From: a virus
Lineage: Duplodnaviria; Caudoviricetes
Strand: one strand, 5' to 3'
Virus record (IMG/VR): IMGVR_UViG_3300020420_000017
Span: 1-58,788 of that record
DNA: 58,788 nucleotides
Position numbers and translations under genes: made by a program. Under the pieces are notes generated by a model. The model ran no database searches, had not been told where the DNA came from, and saw only the letters and a program-made list of their open reading frames with translations. This document shows positions 36,550 to 46,242 of the stretch, in pieces. How positions within the stretch are numbered: the first letter of the stretch is position 1; each line of letters begins with the position of its first letter.

Positions 36550-37626
36550 CTATTTTATTGCGGTTTTTTTGATTGCTTTAAGATACTGATCCATTGAACC
36601 TGATACTTCTACTGGAGAATCATCATCTTCAATTTCTTCTGTACCTGATACTTTATTAGTTTTAAAATATGATTCTTTAACTGTTGCTACTTTTGTTGCA
36701 AAAGTTTCTTGGTCTTCGTAATCAATATTATCAACTAACTGTGTAAGCTTTTCGACTTGAGTGTCTGCTAGATCTTTAGAAGCTTCTCTTATTACTTCGT
36801 CTCTTCTATAGTTTTCTAACTCTTCTGCCATGTTTATGGCATCGTCTGTGGCCTTATTAAGTTTTACTTCAAGGTCATCAACGGTGTCTGCTAGCTCTTC
36901 GACCATGTCAGTTTTTCCTTCTGGCACTTCGATGTAGGACTCTGTGAATAAGCCTTTTAACTTGTTCATAAAGTCTTCAGCGATCTCAGTTCTTAAACCA
37001 TTTTGGATAGCTAACTTGTTCTCTTCCATCCAGCCTTCAACTACGTAGTTTAGGTAGCTGTCAACTTTCTCTACGAGGTCTGCTTTTGTTTGCTCAACTT
37101 CAGCAGTGAACTCCTCATTATACTTCTCTTCGAGTCTATCAATCTCAGCATTTACTTTTGCATTGATTGCAGTCTCAAAAATGATTTCTGCTTTCTGCTT
37201 GAATTCATCGGACAGCGTAGCTTCTTCATTGACAAGTGCTTTAAGATCATCTTTAAAATCAACTTCGACTTGAACTTGATCTTTGACTTCTTCTTCAGCG
37301 ATTGGTTCGCCGGCAAAGTCTTCTTCACTGGTACTCATATTCATTTTATACATGGCATCTAACTTTTGTTTTTTCATACCTTGCATATTGGTTACCATAG
37401 CGGCAATCAAACCAGCCTTAGTCTTTGGCATTGGATCTTTTTTAGTGTTATCAGCAGCAGTTCCACCGGCCATTTTTCTTTTTGGCGCTGTTCCTGTTGC
37501 ATCACCTGCTTTGTCAACTGAAGCGACTGACTGGCCTTCAGCATTTTTAGGATCGTGTTTCATTTCAGAGATTTCCTCATCATTCTCTTGGAGCTCCACG
37601 TCCTGATTTTCTATTTTATCAGTCAT
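36550..37626 (-). CDS. 22: Prohead core scaffold gp22
   Basis: Acidic coiled-coil, KVDSYLNYVVEGWMEEN; between 21 and 23. Confidence 0.9.
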   Translation of the reverse strand: MTDKIENQDVELQENDEEISEMKHDPKNAEGQSVASVDKAGDATGTAPKRKMAGGTAADNTKKDPMPKTKAGLIAAMVTNMQGMKKQKLDAMYKMNMSTSEEDFAGEPIAEEEVKDQVQVEVDFKDDLKALVNEEATLSDEFKQKAEIIFETAINAKVNAEIDRLEEKYNEEFTAEVEQTKADLVEKVDSYLNYVVEGWMEENKLAIQNGLRTEIAEDFMNKLKGLFTESYIEVPEGKTDMVEELADTVDDLEVKLNKATDDAINMAEELENYRRDEVIREASKDLADTQVEKLTQLVDNIDYEDQETFATKVATVKESYFKTNKVSGTEEIEDDDSPVEVSGSMDQYLKAIKKTAIK

Positions 37627-37636
37627 TTTTGACTCC

Positions 37637-38296
37637 TTATTTTGATTTTAATATTGAGAGGAAATTCTTAAATGCACGGACCTCAGTCTCATAGAGATTT
37701 GTTCTTCCAGCTTTTTTAATTTCAGTCTCCATTTTTTCAATTGTTTTAGCTTCTACAACTCCGTTATTCCAAACCCATTCGACACCTTCCATTATCCCAT
37801 TAACAAAAGCTCCAGGTGCGGATGGATCTTGCACGATATCTACCGCGTTAAGAATATAGTCGCTATTTACGACCATTGCGTTGTTGCGTTGGCTTAAACT
37901 TCCCATACCACGAGTCGACACACCGAAAGTTACACCGCCATCAAGCAAGCCTTTTACAACTTCTCCCATTGGGGTTTTAAGTATCGATGCTTCACCCACA
38001 ATATCATTACCTTGAAACTCAAGTTTATTGATCTTGTGAGAAACTTTATCGAGATTTACGGTCGGTCCTTCAGGGTGATTTAACTCACCAACTGCTCTAT
38101 TTTTTTGTACTTGCTCAGTATCATACTTACCTACAGCTTTTTCCATAATAGGCATTGGATATATACGACCGTTTCGATTCTTTTTTTCTGCTTGTGCAAA
38201 GATTCCTTGAATCTTATAATCTTTTTCACCAGTTTTTTTATCTTCAGTAATTAAAAATTCAATATCGTTTTCTGTAAATTCTGATATTAATTTCAT
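37637..38296 (-). CDS. 21: Prohead protease gp21
   Basis: NRNGRIYP, GELNHP, GVSTRGMGS, DPSAPGA. Confidence 0.95.
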   Translation of the reverse strand: MKLISEFTENDIEFLITEDKKTGEKDYKIQGIFAQAEKKNRNGRIYPMPIMEKAVGKYDTEQVQKNRAVGELNHPEGPTVNLDKVSHKINKLEFQGNDIVGEASILKTPMGEVVKGLLDGGVTFGVSTRGMGSLSQRNNAMVVNSDYILNAVDIVQDPSAPGAFVNGIMEGVEWVWNNGVVEAKTIEKMETEIKKAGRTNLYETEVRAFKNFLSILKSK

Positions 38297-38297
38297 A

Positions 38298-38543
38298 TTA
38301 TCCTCTTGGATACGCTATTTTTGTAAAATGCGTTGTTACAGTACCGGCATGAAGTTCATCTTCTTTGTTTTTCTGGATTACAATTGATTGGTTCTCATGC
38401 ATTTGAAATGTACCACCAGTTGTTACGTTAGTAATTAAATCGTCGGCAGTTGCACAAATATAAACGTTTTGTGCTTTACCTACAGTTGTTTTATTACTAC
38501 TTCCATTTGCAGTAACTTTAGCTGCTAAAGGTCTAATTTCCAT
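38298..38543 (-). CDS. Hypothetical virion-region protein
   Basis: 81 aa ORF in head operon. Confidence 0.6.
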   Translation of the reverse strand: MEIRPLAAKVTANGSSNKTTVGKAQNVYICATADDLITNVTTGGTFQMHENQSIVIQKNKEDELHAGTVTTHFTKIAYPRG

Positions 38544-38761
38544 TATTTCATACCCTTGTATTGTTTAACAAATTCTTTTGCTGCTTTCTCAGCTTCTCTT
38601 TGAGAACGATAAACATCAAGTCTATCGCCATCAACATAAGCAACAAAGCCATTACGTTCTTTATGCACCATTACTGGTATTCTACCGATCTTTTTGTTGA
38701 ATACCATTTTACCTTCTGGCTTACGTCCTGTTAACTCTCTTATATCTAAAAAAGTTTTCAT
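38543..38761 (-). CDS. Hypothetical protein
   Basis: 72 aa ORF after late promoter. Confidence 0.6.
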   Translation of the reverse strand: MKTFLDIRELTGRKPEGKMVFNKKIGRIPVMVHKERNGFVAYVDGDRLDVYRSQREAEKAAKEFVKQYKGMK

Positions 38762-38771
38762 TTCTTACCTT

Positions 38772-38779
38772 TATTTATA
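38772..38779 (-). promoter_or_regulatory. Late promoter
   Basis: TATAAATA. Confidence 0.75.
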
Positions 38780-38790
38780 CTTTTTGTGTT

Positions 38791-39183
38791 TTAGACAGCT
38801 GCGCCTTCAATTTCATTATCTCCTTCGTCTTCAACGTCTGATTCGATGTCATCTTCTTCTGGATCGGCTTCCTCATCTCCGTTAATTTCGTCAGTCTCTC
38901 CTTCGTCATCGATAATCTCATTTTCAACATCTGCATCACTTGCTGTTGTTCCTTCGTTATCTCCATCTTCTGCCTCTGATTCTAGTTCTTCGTCATCAGG
39001 TTCACCGTTATATATTTGACCTGCTAATTTTATTTTAGTTTGATCTAATACGTCTGCCAATTTAACTGTCATTACGTCGTTAAAAATTTCATTTGCTTTA
39101 TTATAATCTTTATCAAGAGAACTTTTAACTAAATCAGCTAAAGGATTCTCTTCTTGCGCTGTTGCATCTTGTACTTCACTCAT
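38791..39183 (-). CDS. Acidic prohead core protein (gp67-like)
   Basis: Highly acidic, directly downstream of portal. Confidence 0.6.
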   Translation of the reverse strand: MSEVQDATAQEENPLADLVKSSLDKDYNKANEIFNDVMTVKLADVLDQTKIKLAGQIYNGEPDDEELESEAEDGDNEGTTASDADVENEIIDDEGETDEINGDEEADPEEDDIESDVEDEGDNEIEGAAV

Positions 39184-40679
39184 TATACCGCTCCTTGATC
39201 ATCTTCTGGTTCTTGCTGCTGAATTGCAGCAATTTCTTTATTCATGTTGTCTATTGTTTCATCGTCAAACAATAAAACATTTTTTTGTACCCATTCTTTC
39301 GAAAAGTATTCACCTACATACTGAGAAATTTGATCTAAAGATTGAATTTTTTCTCTTAGTAGTTCTGCTTCTTTTAATTCCGCAAAATGATTATCTCTTA
39401 AGAAGTCAACTGTTACTTTATTTTTCCAACTATTCCAGTCATCTTCAGTTATAACATTTTTTAAAATTAATTGTTTTTTAAGAATATCATAAAATAAATT
39501 TGCAAACCTATTTCTTAATCTATCGATAAACTTTTGAAACTTTAATTCGTCTCTACTTATTTCAGTTGCTCTACCTAACGAAAACTGTTGTTCTTGTTCT
39601 AATCGATTCATAGGTACGTTTAGTGACCTATACAATCTTTTTTGAAAATATATAATGTCTTCTATTTGACCTAGGTTTTCACCACCTGGTAAAGTACTGA
39701 TCTCTGTACCTCTGCCGCCTTCTCTACGTGGTAACCAAAAATCTTCCAACATAGACATATGTTTTCTATCATCTCTTATCTCACCAGTCTTTGCATCATA
39801 AACTAACTTATTTCTGTACTTAGCCATTATATCTTTCATATACTGTTCGGCTTTACCACGTGGTAAGTTACCAACATCAATATAAAACATTCTACGTTCT
39901 GGTGCTCTTGCTAACCTGTAAATAACAAGAGAGTCTTCCATCATTCTAAGCTGAGTTATTGGTTTTAACGCTTTATGAAGATATGATATAATTTTTTTTC
40001 TATGTTCATCTAATAAACCTGACGTGCAGTAACTTACTGAATCTAAAGTTAACTTTACACCAGATGCCTGTGAGCCTGGTTTTTCTTGGTAAATGTAGAA
40101 TTCATTTACTTTATCCACAAGAGTTGCTCCAGTTAATGGATCTTTTTTCTTCTTTACTTGTTTTACTTTTCTTATTTTTACAGTATCAATATATCTTATT
40201 TCTTGTATCCCGGCTGTTGGGTTATTGTCATCAATAATCAAATGATGATATAGTCTTCCATCAATGTACCATCTTCGAAAAATATCATGACCCAATTCTT
40301 TAAAATTAAGCATGTTAAAAATATTTTCAAATTCTTCAACCATTGTTTTCTTAACGCTTGCACTTACTGGTACGTTATCAAGATTAAGAGATACTGATGG
40401 TTTATTTTCTGATGCAGATATTGTTTCATTAACTATATCTTCAATTGCTGCGTCAGCTTCAGGTTGATGCGCCGATCCTCTATATTTTAATATAAGTTGT
40501 GCTTGATCTTTTGAATCGTCACCGTCCATGTTGATGTAATGACCGTAGTGTGCACCCGCAGAGGTTGCTGTAACGTAGCCTGCACCATCATCATCGCGTG
40601 GCGGAACAATAGACTTTATAGCCTTATTGTCTTTAGCACGAGATATTTCAAAACCAAATAATTTAAAACCTTCTGCCAT
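39183..40679 (-). CDS. 20: Portal protein gp20
   Basis: LRMMEDSLVIYRLARAPERR, EDFWLPRREGGRGTEISTLPGG. Confidence 0.97.
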   Translation of the reverse strand: MAEGFKLFGFEISRAKDNKAIKSIVPPRDDDGAGYVTATSAGAHYGHYINMDGDDSKDQAQLILKYRGSAHQPEADAAIEDIVNETISASENKPSVSLNLDNVPVSASVKKTMVEEFENIFNMLNFKELGHDIFRRWYIDGRLYHHLIIDDNNPTAGIQEIRYIDTVKIRKVKQVKKKKDPLTGATLVDKVNEFYIYQEKPGSQASGVKLTLDSVSYCTSGLLDEHRKKIISYLHKALKPITQLRMMEDSLVIYRLARAPERRMFYIDVGNLPRGKAEQYMKDIMAKYRNKLVYDAKTGEIRDDRKHMSMLEDFWLPRREGGRGTEISTLPGGENLGQIEDIIYFQKRLYRSLNVPMNRLEQEQQFSLGRATEISRDELKFQKFIDRLRNRFANLFYDILKKQLILKNVITEDDWNSWKNKVTVDFLRDNHFAELKEAELLREKIQSLDQISQYVGEYFSKEWVQKNVLLFDDETIDNMNKEIAAIQQQEPEDDQGAV

Positions 40680-40717
40680 ATTAATTCCTTTAATTAGGAG
40701 GACCTAAGCCCTCCTAA

Positions 40718-40725
40718 TATTTATA
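40718..40725 (-). promoter_or_regulatory. Late promoter
   Basis: TATAAATA abutting a 9-bp stem (40693-40718) upstream of 20. Confidence 0.7.
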
Positions 40726-40726
40726 G

Positions 40727-41254
40727 TTACGATGTAGTATCAGTTTCGTAATACTGATATGCAAATGTTACAGTAAATCTTTCGATTTCATCATTAGTAG
40801 CATAGCTTAAATCGATAGGAGACATATCTTGAGGATACGATCCTCTAAACGTATATGTCTTAATTATCTCGCCTGAACGATCTAATTGATCAACTAATAA
40901 ATCTGCTTCGTACGCAACAGGAGTTGTAAGTCCGGTATTAGCACTGTGTGCATTCATACCATTCATCCATCTTTCCATTGAGTTTCTGATAGCAAAATCT
41001 GTATCATTTATTATTGTTACTGTCCAGACATCAAATGTTCTGTCACCGGCCATTTTTAATTGTCTTCCTCTGAAAGGTACAACTATCTGACCTAGTGTTG
41101 AGCCTGGTAACTGAGCAGTTTCGCAAAGGAAAGATGTCAGTTCAGGATCACCATTTGCATATCCTGGAAAATTGATTGTAGCCTTGAAGAGGTTAGGTCT
41201 TGCCCCGCCACCTCTCAGCTTTGATTTAAAATCATCAACGCCTAGTACTGCCAT
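40727..41254 (-). CDS. 19: Tail tube gp19
   Basis: GGARPNLF, FRGRQLKMAGDRTF, WTVTIIND. Confidence 0.95.
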   Translation of the reverse strand: MAVLGVDDFKSKLRGGGARPNLFKATINFPGYANGDPELTSFLCETAQLPGSTLGQIVVPFRGRQLKMAGDRTFDVWTVTIINDTDFAIRNSMERWMNGMNAHSANTGLTTPVAYEADLLVDQLDRSGEIIKTYTFRGSYPQDMSPIDLSYATNDEIERFTVTFAYQYYETDTTS

Positions 41255-41264
41255 TTCTTACCTC

Positions 41265-43043
41265 CTAAACTGTACCAACGACTTCTTCGAAGTCTACGCC
41301 AGTTCTCACTGCCACAAAATTAAGTGTTACAAAGTTAATAGACCTAGCAGGTTTGATAAAGATACTTGCCACAAACTCATTTCTATCTATCACTGCAGGT
41401 GTATTATTAGTCTCATCTGCAACGACTCTAAAGTCTGTTATACCTCTTCTTCCCTTGACCTCTCTTAAGACAGGTTCAACAATGTTTACAAATTCTGCTC
41501 TTGTAAACTCGTCGTTAAACTCAAACAGTACTTGCTCTGCTGCTCTCGATATCGCTCGTTCTAGAACTAAAAACAATCTTCTTACGTTAATTCTATCAAA
41601 AGCGGAAGGTCTTGCTAGTTTTGTCTTATCACCAAAAAGTATCACACCAGCACCAGGAATATTTGCTATTGGATTGACTCCATTTTTATATAACTGATCT
41701 CTTTGTGATTTAGTTGGTGAATATGGTATTGACGTAATACCAAAATATTGTCCACGTCTTGAACCTGCTGGTGAAAACCATGGAGCTCTATTAATATCAG
41801 TTGCTGCCATTATACCCGCAGTAGATGAAGCTGCACTTATAAAAATAAATTGATCATTAAATTTATCAAATACTTTTAAATAGTTTCCATCTGCTACCAG
41901 ATAAGAAGATTTTGTAAACGTTGCTGCGGTTGCAAGTATGTTAGTTGTTATAGTACTTGCATTTGTTTGGTTTACAATGTCGCTTCTTGCTGGTGATGCA
42001 ACTGCAATACAGTCTTTTCTAAGACTTGCTGCTGTTCCTACTATGTCATTGACAACAGTTGTTGTATCTGATCTGTTACCCATACTTGGTGCGATTAAGA
42101 AATCAACTTCAACAGTATCTTTGTCTTCAAATAAGTCAAAGCCGTTTGCTATCGCTGCAGTTCCAATACTTCCTGGATTAGATCCTGAGTCAAAATTATA
42201 TTCTGAAATTGTGCCTGCAGAGTCGTTTTGACCTATCATTCTTTGAAGATCTGTACCGTCTGCCATTGTGTTACCGGCACCAACAGCCATGAATGATGAA
42301 TCGAGTCCTACTGCCCAAATATATGAAGAAGTGTCATTTATTCTTTCTTCCATCGAAATGTTTGCGCCTGAGCTATCGATAGCATTTTTTCCAAGTGATA
42401 AGAAAGAATATCTTTCAAGTACAGTTCCTTTAGCGCCGGTAAAAAGACCGTTCTTATCTACGACGACTACATGAACTTCGTCATTTTTTGCTCCAACTTT
42501 TGTTGCAGCTCCGGAAGTTCCAGGTGCTTGATCAAATTCACCTTTGTATGTCCAGCCATTAAATGCTGAATCGTCTGAGTCTTTTCCGCAGACTTGCACT
42601 TGTAAGCTATTTCCTAAAGCGCCTGGATACTTTGCTATAAAAGTATGCTTATCTGTTTCCAATGCTGTTAATTGGCTATTGAATGCATTTGTATTATTAA
42701 TTTTAGTGCCACTAAAAAAGTTTGCTGTTGCTGCAGTTGTTTGTGCAGTTGTTGCATGTGCGTTTTTATGTGACGCGTCGGTAGCTCTCACTACCTGTAG
42801 TTTACTGGAGTACTTTAGAAACATGTTAGCTTCATGAAACGATACAGCAGTTGAAGAATCTGGTGAACCAAACTTTGCAACTAAATCTTCTTCATTTGCC
42901 ACTAACTGCGGATCCAGCACAGTACCCCATCTTGAATTTATCACAAAAGCGCCTGTAGATGACTGAACATTGGGCACGCCTCCAGTTAAGTCTATCTCTC
43001 TTACTACAACCGCTGGTGATTCTGATGGATTTGCGAGTGCCAT
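41265..43043 (-). CDS. 18: Tail sheath gp18
   Basis: SPAVVVREIDL, PWFSPAG, FDRINVRRLF, FEFND, IKPARSINF. Confidence 0.96.
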   Translation of the reverse strand: MALANPSESPAVVVREIDLTGGVPNVQSSTGAFVINSRWGTVLDPQLVANEEDLVAKFGSPDSSTAVSFHEANMFLKYSSKLQVVRATDASHKNAHATTAQTTAATANFFSGTKINNTNAFNSQLTALETDKHTFIAKYPGALGNSLQVQVCGKDSDDSAFNGWTYKGEFDQAPGTSGAATKVGAKNDEVHVVVVDKNGLFTGAKGTVLERYSFLSLGKNAIDSSGANISMEERINDTSSYIWAVGLDSSFMAVGAGNTMADGTDLQRMIGQNDSAGTISEYNFDSGSNPGSIGTAAIANGFDLFEDKDTVEVDFLIAPSMGNRSDTTTVVNDIVGTAASLRKDCIAVASPARSDIVNQTNASTITTNILATAATFTKSSYLVADGNYLKVFDKFNDQFIFISAASSTAGIMAATDINRAPWFSPAGSRRGQYFGITSIPYSPTKSQRDQLYKNGVNPIANIPGAGVILFGDKTKLARPSAFDRINVRRLFLVLERAISRAAEQVLFEFNDEFTRAEFVNIVEPVLREVKGRRGITDFRVVADETNNTPAVIDRNEFVASIFIKPARSINFVTLNFVAVRTGVDFEEVVGTV

Positions 43044-43097
43044 TTTTCTATTCCTTTATTATACGGTTATCATTATACGAATATTCAATCTTACCAC

Positions 43098-43105
43098 TAT
43101 TTATA
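43098..43105 (-). promoter_or_regulatory. Late promoter
   Basis: TATAAATA upstream of 18. Confidence 0.75.
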
Positions 43106-43108
43106 CTT

Positions 43109-44716
43109 TTACAGGTCTCTATCATATTCAATGGCCCAAGGGTGTTCTTCGGTAACTTCAAGCTTTTTTATCTGTTCAGTGCCGTCATCAATAAATCCAA
43201 AAGGTACAATGTCTTCTTCTATTTCTTTAAGTTTTTGATTAAAAATCATATCTTTAATATTAATATCAGTTAAGTTATTAAAGTAAGCGGTTGAAACAAA
43301 AAAACCAAACATTACTAAATTCATCACCAAATCATCATGGTTTCCGGTGGATGCTTGATATGTCTGTCCTTTTGCTTCAAAAGTTGATATTTCTAATATT
43401 GTTTGTTCATCTACTATTTTTAACTTATTATTTTCAAGTAAATCTTTTAAAGCAGAACATCCTAATCTTTTTGATTTTCTATTTATATCTACTCCAACTG
43501 CATTAGCTTTTATTGCAGATTCAACATGAACGTTTTCATATTCTAAATCATAATATAATCCATTACAAACAACAGACCCTTGATCGTTTGACTCAACAAT
43601 ACAATACGCCTGATTGTAGACATTTGCGTACTTATATATAATATTAGGGAAGAGTAATGGAGAGATAGTATTATTGCGATACACAACTACCTGCTCAAAA
43701 GGACGTACGTTAATATCGATTAAAGAAAATGTAGAATAGTCCTGTCCTCTTCCCTTACTAACATCTGCAACTAATATATAATCATGCTTTTTTACAGGCT
43801 GTTTATAAATTAATAAATCACCACCTTCTCTAATTTCTAACGGTGGTTTTGCTCTTAAATCTAAAAGGGTTTGAGCATTCACTAATGTATTACCTGTACC
43901 AAAGAACGTATTACCAAACTCTTGATCAAACTGAATTTGCGAAGTATTGTTTATTGTTTCTTCTTTCCATTTTTCATCTCTTCCTGGCACATCACTCCAA
44001 TCAACTCTAAAATGACTATACTCATTTACACCTTGTATTGCTCCTTCCCATATCTTATGAAATGTGTTACCTATACCATTTGCAGTTGAAGTAACTATAA
44101 TTTTTGTATCACTACCTGATGATATAACAGGATATGTTGAAGTATAAAATTCAGCTGCTCTTTCCACAAAAGCAAACTCATCTAAATATAATAAGTTAAC
44201 TGATAGACCTCTTATTGATTGACCAGTTGTAGCTGCAGCTATAATCCTACTATTGTTACTAAAATCAATATTAGATTTATTTAATGCTTTAACACCTGGC
44301 TGTAGAAAAAATGGAATATTTTCTAACATGATAGTAATTCTTGCAAGCATCTCTCTGGCGGTTGCACCTTTGTTTGCTAACACTGCAACTGTTTTTTCTG
44401 GTGAAAATATCGCAGACCAAAGTAAGAAACCACATGCTGAAACTGACTTACCAGATTGTCGACATGCTAGTACAACGTTAAACCTATTCTCTTGAAACTT
44501 TTTAAACATGTGTTTCTGATAAGGATATAATTTAAATTGTACTAAACCAGCATCCAAAGAAATAATCTTTGCATATGTTTCGATAAAATATACAGGATCT
44601 TTCATACATAAAGCATACTCTTTCACTTGATCTTCAGTGAAATTGGTAACAATACCATCTTTTTTTATATTAGGATTGCCGAGATAATTCTCATTTTGAT
44701 TTAGGCGTGACATCAA
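43109..44716 (-). CDS. 17: Terminase large subunit gp17
   Basis: RQSGKS, YLDEFAF, STANG, QEF, HDDLVM. Confidence 0.96.
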   Translation of the reverse strand: MMSRLNQNENYLGNPNIKKDGIVTNFTEDQVKEYALCMKDPVYFIETYAKIISLDAGLVQFKLYPYQKHMFKKFQENRFNVVLACRQSGKSVSACGFLLWSAIFSPEKTVAVLANKGATAREMLARITIMLENIPFFLQPGVKALNKSNIDFSNNSRIIAAATTGQSIRGLSVNLLYLDEFAFVERAAEFYTSTYPVISSGSDTKIIVTSTANGIGNTFHKIWEGAIQGVNEYSHFRVDWSDVPGRDEKWKEETINNTSQIQFDQEFGNTFFGTGNTLVNAQTLLDLRAKPPLEIREGGDLLIYKQPVKKHDYILVADVSKGRGQDYSTFSLIDINVRPFEQVVVYRNNTISPLLFPNIIYKYANVYNQAYCIVESNDQGSVVCNGLYYDLEYENVHVESAIKANAVGVDINRKSKRLGCSALKDLLENNKLKIVDEQTILEISTFEAKGQTYQASTGNHDDLVMNLVMFGFFVSTAYFNNLTDINIKDMIFNQKLKEIEEDIVPFGFIDDGTEQIKKLEVTEEHPWAIEYDRDL

Positions 44717-45059
44717 TAATATCTTTTTTCAAAAGTTTTTGAAGCTCAGTTGTTGAACCTACAAAAAGATTATTAGTAGTATTTGCTATTTTTTGAATTT
44801 CATCTTTCTTATCTAAATCTTTTTTCTTTTTATTAAGGTCCATCAATCTATCATTAACATCAGAAATATTCTTAATCATTCCTGATAGTACTTCAAAAGC
44901 TCGAGGGTGCTCACTTTCTCTGGCTACTTCAATCATAAGCTCAAGACTTTCTTTACCCTTTTCAACTAACTCATAGTAAGTGTCACGAGAATATTTGTAG
45001 TCGTTATCTACATTTTTCTCTTCAGGAGGAAGAAATTTGTCAATATCACTTTTACTCAT
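44691..45059 (-). CDS. 16: Terminase small subunit gp16
   Basis: DYKYSR, HPRAFEV, NNLFVGST.ELQK. Confidence 0.9.
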   Translation of the reverse strand: MSKSDIDKFLPPEEKNVDNDYKYSRDTYYELVEKGKESLELMIEVARESEHPRAFEVLSGMIKNISDVNDRLMDLNKKKKDLDKKDEIQKIANTTNNLFVGSTTELQKLLKKDIIDVTPKSK

Positions 45060-45451
45060 AATTGAACTAATTCACGATTCTTTATATGTTCTTCTTCTAT
45101 TTCTTTTTTTGATTGTCCGTGGTATCTTACAGCATGATGTTTTTCAATCATTTTTTCATTGATATTAGTTTCAAATGTCCATAATTCTCCAAGTATTCTG
45201 CCAAACTTACCTTTTGCATCTTTATGAGTTTTTATCGTTAACTCACCAGCTCCAGTCCATTTTAATAAAAAATCTTTTGCAGCATTACCATATTTTTTTT
45301 CTATCAAGTTTCTTGTTCTTGATTCAGGAGTATCAATACCATACAATCTTATTCTTTGTTTTCTTAGCCATACGCCAAACCCTAGGTCTATATCGACATC
45401 TACAGTATCGCCGTCTATTACTCTTAAAAGTTTACATTTATATTCAAACAT
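45056..45451 (-). CDS. Staphylococcal-nuclease-like (thermonuclease) protein
   Basis: VIDGDT, RIRLYGIDTPE, KFGRILG. Confidence 0.88.
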   Translation of the reverse strand: MFEYKCKLLRVIDGDTVDVDIDLGFGVWLRKQRIRLYGIDTPESRTRNLIEKKYGNAAKDFLLKWTGAGELTIKTHKDAKGKFGRILGELWTFETNINEKMIEKHHAVRYHGQSKKEIEEEHIKNRELVQL

Positions 45452-46242
45452 TATCCTGCGCTATCTAAAATTGTTGTTGTAAATCCAAAGTCACTATCTT
45501 CTAATCCAATTACCGAAGTAGGATTAGGCTTAACTACTATTGTTTCAAGACCGATATCTGAATCATTTAAACCAGCCTTTATGTCAAAGAACTTAGTTCT
45601 TGCATCACGTATTATCGCACTGTCTGCAATTGGACCATGATAACTTAATTTCATCTCAAAGTCCAAACTGTAAATTATTGTTCTACGTTGTTCCATTGCG
45701 CCTTCAAAATCATCTGAAAAACTTACACCATTTATTATAACTTGTATGTCTTCTTTAAAATTTGGAAACTCTGTTTGAAATGGTTTAATAGTTAAAGCAT
45801 ACTGTGGATTAAACGTTGGTAAAATTTGTTCAACAATTTGTAAGGCATCATCTTGTGATTTAGCATACGCGTTTAATTGAAAGTTGATATTGTAAGGAAC
45901 TGGATTAAAAAACTTTTGTCTTTTTGTTATGCTACCGTCTGACGCTGTAGTAGTAAAATTTCCTATTTTTGCTAACTGTCTTGTGGCATCATAAGTTATG
46001 GCTGTAATTTCAAAAGACATCCTTGGTAGCTTAATAGCTACTTTTGTATCATCTTGTAGATCCGGATTTTCTCTTATTCTTTCTAAAAATTTATTTTTAG
46101 GTGCATATGATAAAGGCACTTTTAATTGACTTATCACTGCTCCACTTGAATTTTTACGAATAACATAGATATTATTAAACAGCCTACCGAACAGTGCAAC
46201 TGCTTTTTTTGTTTTTTCGTGATAAAAGTGTCCGCCAAACAT
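45451..46242 (-). CDS. 15: Tail sheath stabilizer gp15
   Basis: FYH...FGRLFN, VPLSY, LPRMSFE, QIVEQILPTFNP. Confidence 0.93.
   Translation of the reverse strand: MFGGHFYHEKTKKAVALFGRLFNNIYVIRKNSSGAVISQLKVPLSYAPKNKFLERIRENPDLQDDTKVAIKLPRMSFEITAITYDATRQLAKIGNFTTTASDGSITKRQKFFNPVPYNINFQLNAYAKSQDDALQIVEQILPTFNPQYALTIKPFQTEFPNFKEDIQVIINGVSFSDDFEGAMEQRRTIIYSLDFEMKLSYHGPIADSAIIRDARTKFFDIKAGLNDSDIGLETIVVKPNPTSVIGLEDSDFGFTTTILDSAG

Noticed and set aside
6472-44716. Introns, inteins or stop-codon recoding in core genes
   Set aside because: gp41, uvsX, gp43, gp46, gp20 and gp17 are continuous and of normal length in the standard code.
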